DNA of 64,000 nucleotides from Opitutales bacterium. Its GTDB lineage: Bacteria > Verrucomicrobiota > Verrucomicrobiia > Opitutales > UBA9783. The stretch lies in NCBI GenBank assembly GCA_024407725.1, contig JAKSVZ010000003.1:4732-68731 (forward strand), written 5' to 3'. This document shows, piece after piece, positions 39,489 to 47,484 of the stretch. Both the position numbers and the translations under genes were made by a program. The stretch's first letter is position 1; every line of letters begins with the position of its first letter. Under the pieces are notes generated by a model, which had not been told where the DNA came from, did not search any database, and saw only the letters and a list, made by a program, of their open reading frames with translations.

Positions 39489-40554
39489 AAAAACAGAACA
39501 GCCAACCGCTAAAAAAATACGGGATGCCCGCAAAAAGGGGCAGGTTGCTAACAGTAAGGATGTCACCTCTACTGCGTTACTGATCATTATTTTTGCGTAT
39601 TTTGGGATACGTCGAGAAGCTGTTTTGCAAACGATAGGAGAATTAATAGAGCTTCCAGCTACCTTGTACAACGAACCGTTTATAGGAGCGTGTCAGCGAA
39701 TTATAGCTGATGGGCTTTCGGTGTTTGTTCAGGTGGTTTTGCCCCTCTTATTGTTGGTGGTCATTACCGGTTTGGCAGCTCATATGCTCCAGTTCGGATT
39801 GCTTTTGGCTTTTGAGTCGATTAAGCCGGATTTAAACAAACTCAATCCCATTTCTAAATTGAAGCAGATGTTTTCCATGAAAAACTTGGTGGAATTCCTA
39901 AAATCTGCGTTCAAAATTATATTTTTGGGGGTTTTGCTGTATTTTGTTATCCGCAATGCGCTCGATCCGCTATTAAAAACCCCGTTTATGAACTTGGAGG
40001 ATTTGATGGATGTTATGCCCAGCATCATGAAAACCTTCGTTTGTAATGTGATTTTTGCCTATGTCGTGGTGGCGTTTATCGATTTTGTTTTTCAGCGCAG
40101 AAATCACCTGAAGCAGCTGATGATGACCAAGGATGAGGTTAAGCGTGAATTTAAAGAACAAGAAGGGGACCCTACGATTAAGGGTAAGCGTAAGCAGATG
40201 CATCGGGAATTATTGCAAGGGGGGCCGGCGGTACGTACAAAGCGTGCTTCGGCTGTCATTGTGAATCCAACGCACTATGCGGTTGCTATTTACTATAACC
40301 GTCTGGTGACCAAATTGCCCTTAGTTTTGGCCAAAGGAATCGATTTTCAGGCGCAATTGATGAAGCAAATGGCTCGACAGTACGACATACCGATTTTGGA
40401 GGATGTTCCGTTGGCTCATGCGTTGTATGATTTGGTTGATGAGGGGGACTATATTCCGCATGAATTAATTGAGCCGATTGCGCACGTCATTCGTTGGTTG
40501 CAAGAGAACAAAAATAAGGTGGAAAAAGCACCGTATGTCCCCATGAAACGCTAA
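39481..40554 (+). CDS. sctU: Type III secretion substrate-specificity switch protein SctU (YscU/FlhB family)
   Basis: N-terminus SEKTEQPTAKKIRDARKKGQVANSKD, four TM helices, and the autocleavage motif NPTH at 40264..40275 (VIVNPTHYAVAI). Confidence 0.85.
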   Translation: MSEKTEQPTAKKIRDARKKGQVANSKDVTSTALLIIIFAYFGIRREAVLQTIGELIELPATLYNEPFIGACQRIIADGLSVFVQVVLPLLLLVVITGLAAHMLQFGLLLAFESIKPDLNKLNPISKLKQMFSMKNLVEFLKSAFKIIFLGVLLYFVIRNALDPLLKTPFMNLEDLMDVMPSIMKTFVCNVIFAYVVVAFIDFVFQRRNHLKQLMMTKDEVKREFKEQEGDPTIKGKRKQMHRELLQGGPAVRTKRASAVIVNPTHYAVAIYYNRLVTKLPLVLAKGIDFQAQLMKQMARQYDIPILEDVPLAHALYDLVDEGDYIPHELIEPIAHVIRWLQENKNKVEKAPYVPMKR

Positions 40555-40703
40555 GGTGCTTACAATGCTGTTAAAATGGCTATTGGACTGCGTTGATTGG
40601 CATCTGGACTGCATCAAAAATTATCAAAAAATTTTGCAAAAAACCACTTGCTTTATGACCCCCAAAAGTAATAATGAATTTAATCCTATAAAACCTTTTT
40701 ATT

Positions 40704-43094
40704 ATGCCTGAACTTTCTATTCGAAAACGTAATGGGTCTATCGTTCCGTTTGACTTGGAACGCATTTTTAGTGCGATCCATAGAGCTTTTTTAGCGGTAA
40801 GTCCCCAATGTGATGTCTCCTTGGTACAACGCTTAAGTGAGAAGGTGTTGTCTGAGCTAGAGCGTTATCCTGAGCATGCAATCCCATCAGTTGAAGAGGT
40901 TCAGGATTTGATAGAGCATTGCTTGATGCAAGAGCACTTTGAAAAAGTTGCTAAAGCGTTCATCTTGTATCGTGATCAACACCGCCAAATCCGCGAAGGT
41001 CAAGCGTTGGTGTTAGATATCGGGAAAACGATGGAAGATTACCTGCATCAAAGCGATTGGCGCGTGCATGAAAACAGCAGCATGCATTATTCGGTCGGTG
41101 GGCTTATTTTGCACAACGCAGGAGCGATTACTGCCAATTATTGGTTGAGCCGTATTTACGATGAAAAAATTGCTCAGGCTCATAAAAATGGGGATTTCCA
41201 TTTGCATGATTTATCCATGTTTTCTGGGTATTGTGCCGGTTGGAGCTTGCGTCAATTGTTAGAATTGGGCGTCAGTGGAGTTGAGGGTAAGGTTGGATCG
41301 AAGCCAGCCAAGCACTTTTCAACGGCTATTTGGCATATCATTAACTTTTTAGGGACGATGCAAAACGAATGGGCAGGTGCTCAGGCGCTTTCTAGTTTTG
41401 ATACCTATTTAGCTCCTTTTGTTAAACAGGATCACCTAACGTTTGAACAAGTGAAGCAGTGTATTCAAAGCTTTGTTTTTAGCATGAATACATCCTCGCG
41501 TTGGGGATCACAGCCTCCTTTTTCAAACATTACGTTAGATTGGGTATGTCCAAAAGATTTAGCGGATAAAAAGGTTATTGTTGGCGGTAAGGAATGCGAT
41601 TTCTGTTACAAGGATTGTCAGAAAGAGATTGATATGATCAACCGTGCCTTTTTAGAGGTGATGCTTGAAGGGGATGCGAATGGTCGTGGGTTTGCTTATC
41701 CTATCCCAACTTACAATATTACAAAGGATTTTAATTGGGAGGGTGAAAATGCAGACTTGTTGTTTACAATGGCTGCTAAATACGGAACCCCTTACTTCCA
41801 GAATTTTATTAATTCTGACCTAAATCCATCGGATGTACGGAGTATGTGCTGCCGTTTAAGTTTGGACAAACGAGAATTAAGGCGCCGTGGCGGTGGATTG
41901 TTCGGAGCCGATGAATTTACAGGATCCATTGGAGTGGTAACCATCAACATGCCGCGTTTGGGCTATTTAAGCACTTCTGAAGCTGAATTTTTCCAGCGCT
42001 TGGATACCTTGATGGATTTGGCAAAGGATTCATTGGAGTGTAAGCGTAAGGTGATTCAATCGTGGTTGGATCAAGGATTGTTCCCCTATACCAAGCGTTA
42101 TTTACATACATTTAATAACCATTTCTCCACGATTGGATTGGTGGGTATGCATGAATGTTGCTTGAATTTCTTGCATCAATCGATTGCAAGTGAGGCAGGA
42201 CATGCGTTTGTCCAACGGGTATTGTTGCATATGCGCGATCGGTTACGGGATTATCAGGAAAAAACTGGTAATTTGTACAATTTGGAAGCAACGCCCGCTG
42301 AAGGAACTTCGTATCGTTTAGCTAAAATCGATAAAAAGATGTTCCCAGAGATGATTCAATCAGGGAGCGAGGATCCTTATTATACCAATTCGTCTAACCT
42401 GCCTGTGGATTATACATCGAATGTATTTGAGGCGTTAGAGCATCAGGAGGAGATTCAAACAAAATATACAGGAGGTACCGTATTCCATGTGTTTTTGGGA
42501 GAAGCGTTACCGGATGCTCTGTCATGCCGTACGTTGGTGCGTAAGATTGTGAGCAATTATCGGGTGCCTTATGTGTCGATTTCACCGACGTTTTCGGTGT
42601 GCGGAACCCATGGCCGTTTTGAAGGTCAGGTGGAACATTGCCCGAAATGTGGAGCAGAAATGGAAATCTACAGCCGTATTACCGGTTATTACCGAGCGGT
42701 TAAGTTTTGGAACAAAGGTAAGAAGGAAGAATTTAAGCAGCGGTTAACGTATGACGCAGTGCATTCCCATTTGCCGTTTGGTAAGAACGATGCAACCGCA
42801 GGTATGGGTGAAGCGGAAGCTGCTGGTTGTGAAACGAAACAAGAGGAACCCATGCCGGCTGTTCAACAAGCGTTGTTTTTCCATAGCGATTCCTGTGTTA
42901 AATGCCGTGCCTTAAAGCCATTTTTAGCTGAAAAACATTTTAACGGAACGTATGTAAACACATCCGAAACTTCAGGATTGGAGCTTGCCAAACGTTATCA
43001 TATTCACAACTTGCCAGCCTTGGTGGTTCCGAACCGACCTGAAGTGGTATACGATTCAGAAGAAATTAAACGGTACGTAAGCGCTGGGTCTTAA
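40704..43094 (+). CDS. nrdD: Anaerobic ribonucleoside-triphosphate reductase (class III) with C-terminal thioredoxin-fold extension
   Basis: 796 aa with an N-terminal ATP-cone (IRKRNGSIVPFDLERI), the class III core (..CCRL.., NLEATPAEG) and the glycyl-radical motif SRITGYYRAV after CPKCG. About 112 extra residues follow, including a CVKC-containing Trx-like domain. Confidence 0.95.
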   Translation: MPELSIRKRNGSIVPFDLERIFSAIHRAFLAVSPQCDVSLVQRLSEKVLSELERYPEHAIPSVEEVQDLIEHCLMQEHFEKVAKAFILYRDQHRQIREGQALVLDIGKTMEDYLHQSDWRVHENSSMHYSVGGLILHNAGAITANYWLSRIYDEKIAQAHKNGDFHLHDLSMFSGYCAGWSLRQLLELGVSGVEGKVGSKPAKHFSTAIWHIINFLGTMQNEWAGAQALSSFDTYLAPFVKQDHLTFEQVKQCIQSFVFSMNTSSRWGSQPPFSNITLDWVCPKDLADKKVIVGGKECDFCYKDCQKEIDMINRAFLEVMLEGDANGRGFAYPIPTYNITKDFNWEGENADLLFTMAAKYGTPYFQNFINSDLNPSDVRSMCCRLSLDKRELRRRGGGLFGADEFTGSIGVVTINMPRLGYLSTSEAEFFQRLDTLMDLAKDSLECKRKVIQSWLDQGLFPYTKRYLHTFNNHFSTIGLVGMHECCLNFLHQSIASEAGHAFVQRVLLHMRDRLRDYQEKTGNLYNLEATPAEGTSYRLAKIDKKMFPEMIQSGSEDPYYTNSSNLPVDYTSNVFEALEHQEEIQTKYTGGTVFHVFLGEALPDALSCRTLVRKIVSNYRVPYVSISPTFSVCGTHGRFEGQVEHCPKCGAEMEIYSRITGYYRAVKFWNKGKKEEFKQRLTYDAVHSHLPFGKNDATAGMGEAEAAGCETKQEEPMPAVQQALFFHSDSCVKCRALKPFLAEKHFNGTYVNTSETSGLELAKRYHIHNLPALVVPNRPEVVYDSEEIKRYVSAGS

Positions 43095-43103
43095 AGGATA
43101 ACT

Positions 43104-43790
43104 ATGCCTAAGCGGTATGGTTTTTTAGCCCAATCGTTAAGCGATTATCCGGGTGAAGTATGTAGCGTAGTATTTATACCAGGGTGTAATTTTCATTGTC
43201 CCTATTGCCATAACAAAACCCTTGCGGACGATGTTCAGCGTGATGGGTTGGAATTACCTGCTATTGAAGCTTATCTGCAGAAAGCGCGTAAACTCATCAG
43301 CGGGGTGTGTATCAGCGGGGGAGAATCAACCTTGTATCCATCCGATTTAATGCTTTTGATCGAACGCTTTAAGCGCTTAGGGTTAAAAGTAAAGGTCGAT
43401 ACCAACGGAAGCCATCCGGAGGTGGTGCGGTTGATCAGCCCGTTAGTTGATTATATTGCAATGGATCTCAAAACGTCTCTAGAGCGTTATCCCCAGCTTG
43501 TTGAACCAGCTGAACAAAGCAAGTTAGTAGCTAATATAAAAGCATCGATTCAAGCACTGTTGCAGCGTGCGCCTAGTACCTATGAATTCCGTACTACGTT
43601 AGCGCGTGATTGGGTTGATGAAGCTGCCTTGCGGAACTTAGGCTCCCTAATTCATCCTTCAGCCTATTGGTATCTACAGCGTTGTTATAGTGCGCAGAAC
43701 AAACCTGAAACACCCCAAGATGGGGAAACGATTGAACGTTATTTGGCAATTGCTAAAAATTATTGTAATAACGTGTTTTTTCGCCCCTAA
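43104..43790 (+). CDS. nrdG: Anaerobic ribonucleotide reductase activating protein (radical SAM)
   Basis: CNFHCPYCHN cluster motif and ISGGESTL. It lies directly downstream of nrdD. Confidence 0.85.
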   Translation: MPKRYGFLAQSLSDYPGEVCSVVFIPGCNFHCPYCHNKTLADDVQRDGLELPAIEAYLQKARKLISGVCISGGESTLYPSDLMLLIERFKRLGLKVKVDTNGSHPEVVRLISPLVDYIAMDLKTSLERYPQLVEPAEQSKLVANIKASIQALLQRAPSTYEFRTTLARDWVDEAALRNLGSLIHPSAYWYLQRCYSAQNKPETPQDGETIERYLAIAKNYCNNVFFRP

Positions 43791-43815
43791 TTAGGGGAGT
43801 AAGGAGGTTTTTTTC

Positions 43816-44562
43816 GTGGACACTTCATCGGTATACCTGCATCAGCTGTTGGTGTTTAATTGGATGAGCATGGCGTTCGTGATGGTTCGGGTGTATTTCA
43901 TCGCCATCATTGTGCTTTCGGGTATCCTATTGGGTTCGCGCAAAACTTATCTGCATGTGTGGATGGTATATGCCGCTACCGTTGTCTTTGGTTCGTTATT
44001 AAAAGAGTGGTTTCAGATAGAGCTGTTTACGCCTTGGGGCTATGGCTATGGTTTTCCATCAACCCACATGCAAGCATTGACCGCTGCTTGGGGTTATTGG
44101 TTGTTACGGCAAAAAAAGCTTTGGTTGGTAGTGCTATGGTTGACTGTATTAGCCTTAACGGCACAGTCAATAGTCTACTTTAAATGTCATACTTGGATTT
44201 GCGTATGGGGAGGTATTGTATTTGGGATACTGGAATTACCTGCGCTAGGGTGGTTAGAAAAAAATAATTGCTTGGAACAAGGTCTATTCCTATGGGTCAT
44301 GGGTTGTACTATTCTATGGTTAATGTGTTCCAATACTCAAACGCACCTAATGCCTCCTTTGGCCTGTTTCATGGGTGTTTTTATAGGAATGAGAAGTACG
44401 TATGCTGTTAAACAATGGATTGGGATAGGTGCGATCCTTATCATTTGTACTTGGTTAAGTGAGGTAATCAAATCATCTATTGATTATTATCTGGGATTAG
44501 CCAGTATTGCTTTTATCCTTACCTGTTTACCCAATTTTAAATTCTTAAAGCATTACGAATGA
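43816..44562 (+). CDS. Polytopic membrane protein, divergent PAP2 (type 2 phosphatidic acid phosphatase)-like, paralog A
   Basis: 248 aa with about 7 TM helices. Degenerate PAP2 motifs: K-x6-..(LLKEWFQ), PSTH (canonical PSGH), and ..CHTWICVWGG (canonical H...D). The GTG start is preceded by a strong RBS, AAGGAGG. Confidence 0.45.
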   Translation: MDTSSVYLHQLLVFNWMSMAFVMVRVYFIAIIVLSGILLGSRKTYLHVWMVYAATVVFGSLLKEWFQIELFTPWGYGYGFPSTHMQALTAAWGYWLLRQKKLWLVVLWLTVLALTAQSIVYFKCHTWICVWGGIVFGILELPALGWLEKNNCLEQGLFLWVMGCTILWLMCSNTQTHLMPPLACFMGVFIGMRSTYAVKQWIGIGAILIICTWLSEVIKSSIDYYLGLASIAFILTCLPNFKFLKHYE

Positions 44563-45293
44563 GCCTATTCTTTACGCTTTGTTATGCGCTATCCAATTCC
44601 TTAATTATGGGAGGGCTGATTGCTATGGGTGTTTTGTTTGGATCCCGTCGTATGTTTATACGGGCTTTGTTATTGCTCTTGTTAGTGGGGACTTGGAATA
44701 GTGTATTGAAGCAATACTTTGCTTGGCCCTGGTTTACCCCTTATGGAGGTTATGGATTTCCGAGTGGGCATACCCATGCGTTAACGATTGTTTATGGGTA
44801 TCTATTATGGCGCACGAAACGATTTTGGGGATTAGGCATTGGGTTAGGTTTAATACTTTGCGCAGGAGCCGGTATGGTCTATTTTGAGGATCATCGGCCC
44901 TTAGAGGTGCTGGGTGGGTTTTTGTTTGGAGTCATGGAGCTACCGATGGTATTGTGGTTAGATCGTTATGATTATGCTGAATGGGTGCTGACGGCATTGG
45001 CTTGTTTGTTCGTTGGCTTATGGTTGAATGTGACAAGTCCTATCCATACCTGCATATGGGAGCCTTTTGTTTGTTTGATGGGAGTGATTACAGGGTTGGT
45101 GTTAAGTAAGGTTGCGGTTTGGATGCGTGTTTTGGGATTGGAATTGCTGTGTATAGCTCTGATTCCGCTGCAGCTCTTGGGTTATGATTGGCGATTACAA
45201 TTTCATACACCAAGTGACTACGTAGCCTTGTTTATTTTTGGATTTATCTTTACTTGCTTACCCTCTTTAAGGTGCGTCTTAAGCCGAAAATGA
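44559..45293 (+). CDS. Polytopic membrane protein, divergent PAP2-like, paralog B
   Basis: 244 aa. Paralogous to the preceding gene, with an ATGA overlap. Motifs LKQYFAWPW, PSGH and EDHRPLEVLGG are closer to the PAP2 consensus. Confidence 0.5.
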   Translation: MSLFFTLCYALSNSLIMGGLIAMGVLFGSRRMFIRALLLLLLVGTWNSVLKQYFAWPWFTPYGGYGFPSGHTHALTIVYGYLLWRTKRFWGLGIGLGLILCAGAGMVYFEDHRPLEVLGGFLFGVMELPMVLWLDRYDYAEWVLTALACLFVGLWLNVTSPIHTCIWEPFVCLMGVITGLVLSKVAVWMRVLGLELLCIALIPLQLLGYDWRLQFHTPSDYVALFIFGFIFTCLPSLRCVLSRK

Positions 45294-45301
45294 CCGGTTG
45301 C

Positions 45302-46408
45302 TTAGCGTAATAAAATTTCTACAGCCAAGCTATCAGCTAAGAGCATTCCGTGTTGAGTGCAGCGTAAGATAGAATGGTTCAAGGTCGTAAGTCCTTGAGC
45401 ACAAAAATGCTGCCAAAGCGATTGATAACGCTCCAAATTGACCGATGGGAATTGTTTTTGTAATTCGCGCAGGTTGATTCCTTCGCATAAACGTAAGCCG
45501 AAGATCAGGTGATCCTTGCAAAGCTCGTCTGGGGTAAGCGATGGAGTGGAGCTATGAGGACCTGAATTATAAGGCAAATGGGTGGGGTTTTGGAAGCGTT
45601 GATAATTCCATTGAGAAGCGGCGCTGGGGCCCCAACCCAACCATTCTTGCATGAGCCAAGTGTTTTTGTTGTGGCGGCATTCAAAGTTGGGTTTGGCAAA
45701 ATTAGACACTTCGTATTGCCGATATCCGTGTTCGTTTAAAAAGTCCCAAGTAAACAGGTAAAAGCTTGCTTCTTTATCGACATCGACCGTTTGGTGATGC
45801 TGAGGGGTAAAGGGGCCTGAGGTAGTTTCGTAGGTCAAACAGTAAGTGGATAAGTGCTCAGGGTTTAAGCTAATGGCTGTTTCTAGGTCTTTACGCCAAA
45901 GGGTTAAGTCAGAAAAATCCGGTGGAAAAATGAGATCCAAATTGATGTTGTTGAATCCCGCGGATCGTAAGGCATCGTAAGCCTTAAAAACGTCTGCTGG
46001 GGTTTGTCGGCGTCCCAGTTGATGTAAAATGGTAGGGTTGAAGCTTTGAACACCCATGGATAGGCGTGTTACGGGCAACGAACGCAAGGCTTGTAATTTA
46101 GCTTTATCGATGGCAGTGGGGGATACTTCCACGGACCATTCTTTTAGGTTTGCGGATGTGGGGCACAAATTTCCTAAGGCGATCAATTCATCAGGGGTTA
46201 AGCAGCTTGGATTGCCTCCTCCCCAAAAGATGGTTTCAAACGGGCGTTGTTCCCAAACAAACTGCCAATAATCCCGTTCCTGTTGGAGGTTCTGAAAAAA
46301 CTGTTGGATAGCAGACTGAGAGGGGGATTGTTTATAGAAATGGCAGTAATCGCACCGATTGGTGCAAAACGGAACATGGATATAAAGGCCTAATGCGGGG
46401 AGTTTCAA
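45302..46408 (-). CDS. hemW: Radical SAM heme chaperone HemW / oxygen-independent coproporphyrinogen oxidase-like protein
   Basis: LYIHVPFCTNRCDYCHFY, GGGNPS, and a HemN_C-like C-terminus. 368 aa with a TTG start. Confidence 0.85.
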   Translation of the reverse strand: MKLPALGLYIHVPFCTNRCDYCHFYKQSPSQSAIQQFFQNLQQERDYWQFVWEQRPFETIFWGGGNPSCLTPDELIALGNLCPTSANLKEWSVEVSPTAIDKAKLQALRSLPVTRLSMGVQSFNPTILHQLGRRQTPADVFKAYDALRSAGFNNINLDLIFPPDFSDLTLWRKDLETAISLNPEHLSTYCLTYETTSGPFTPQHHQTVDVDKEASFYLFTWDFLNEHGYRQYEVSNFAKPNFECRHNKNTWLMQEWLGWGPSAASQWNYQRFQNPTHLPYNSGPHSSTPSLTPDELCKDHLIFGLRLCEGINLRELQKQFPSVNLERYQSLWQHFCAQGLTTLNHSILRCTQHGMLLADSLAVEILLR

Positions 46409-46518
46409 TACCTTTTTATGGAATCATGAGTGAGGGTAAAATCAAGCGTTGGTTCAGTGGGATGCAAAATCAGTGATTGCTATTTGGACAAAGAATCCAT
46501 AAATTATAACTGTTTGTT

Positions 46519-47433
46519 ATGAGTATTCGTTGTTTTTTATTTAAATTACTATCGTTAACGGCCTTGTTGAGCCTGATGGGATTGTCCGGTTGTCGGGAAA
46601 AGTTAACAGATTTAACCGTTAATTGTCCGCGTAATCCCTCTAATTTATATCGTTTTACCGTTGGCAGTAAAATTTCTAAATCCAAAGCGATTGCGGGTAC
46701 CTTTGCGCCGATGTTAGTCATTGATGGCAAGAGAGTGCCTTTGGAAGCGGATGCTATTAAGCCAGATGTTTACTATGTAGATTATAACTTAGGAAATGAT
46801 CGAAAGAAGGCGAGGTATTACTTTGAGGTAAGTTATCAATCGATATCCAGTTCCAAATCTATCCGTACGTATACGTACACAACCCCGTTGACAGAATACG
46901 TTATTTCAGAGCATGGAGCTTCTATGTTGCAGTTTGAACGAGCCCCAGTAGGAGCGGAAGTGCGTATCATTGGGAGCGAATTTACAGCGAACGATCGCGT
47001 GGTGATTGGACAATGTGAAGTATGGACGACCTTTTACTCTGAAAACGCTATTTCATTTGTTGTGCCTCATTTAATGAGCGGCAAGGCTTATCCTGTATAT
47101 TGCATACGGGAACGCAAAACGGATTTCGTAGGTAATTTGTTGATCGATAGCAAGCAATTGATGGTTCAACCGTCTCAATTGGAGATTGGTCAAGGCGAAC
47201 AAGTGGCTTTAACAGTTAAGTTGGATAGTCCGGTTACGGATTCGTTGGCTGTTAATGTAACAACCAATATTCCCGATAGCGTTATCATGCCCGAAGTTAA
47301 AATTGCTGCGGGAGAAGATAGCGCGACCATAAGCCTTGAAGGCGGTGAACCAGGCGACGGAAAGCTTTATATTTCGGCCATGGGGTATGAAGAGGTAATC
47401 GTACCGATCAAGGTTTGTGCTCCGATACAATAA
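46519..47433 (+). CDS. Hypothetical lipoprotein with IPT/TIG-like and Ig-like domains
   Basis: Lipobox LMGLSGC. The middle segment VRIIGSEFTANDRVVIGQCEVWTTFYSENAISFVVP resembles IPT/TIG repeats, and the C-terminal beta-rich segment looks Ig-like. I recognise no specific family. Confidence 0.5.
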   Translation: MSIRCFLFKLLSLTALLSLMGLSGCREKLTDLTVNCPRNPSNLYRFTVGSKISKSKAIAGTFAPMLVIDGKRVPLEADAIKPDVYYVDYNLGNDRKKARYYFEVSYQSISSSKSIRTYTYTTPLTEYVISEHGASMLQFERAPVGAEVRIIGSEFTANDRVVIGQCEVWTTFYSENAISFVVPHLMSGKAYPVYCIRERKTDFVGNLLIDSKQLMVQPSQLEIGQGEQVALTVKLDSPVTDSLAVNVTTNIPDSVIMPEVKIAAGEDSATISLEGGEPGDGKLYISAMGYEEVIVPIKVCAPIQ

Positions 47434-47484
47434 GTTGGGCGGTTTAAGCTGAACGGTGGGCGATTCATAAGGCGGTTAGGTTGT

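Noticed and set aside
40555-40703. Regulatory element upstream of nrdD (NrdR boxes or a riboswitch).
   Set aside because: The only feature seen is a direct repeat TGGACTGC at 40584..40591 and 40605..40612, 21 bp apart. It does not match the palindromic NrdR box pattern I remember, and no riboswitch-like conserved core was recognisable. That is too weak to call.
46470-46730. An 86-aa minus-strand ORF overlapping the start of the lipoprotein gene, and the 87-aa ORF at 48958..49221.
   Set aside because: Both overlap better-supported plus-strand genes with export signals. Neither has motifs or a plausible RBS.
47434-47484. An imperfect hairpin (GCGGTTA..TAACCGC) between the convergent lipoprotein and glgA genes, as a possible terminator.
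   Set aside because: The stem is short, it overlaps the glgA stop codon, and there is no U-tract on either strand. Not convincing.
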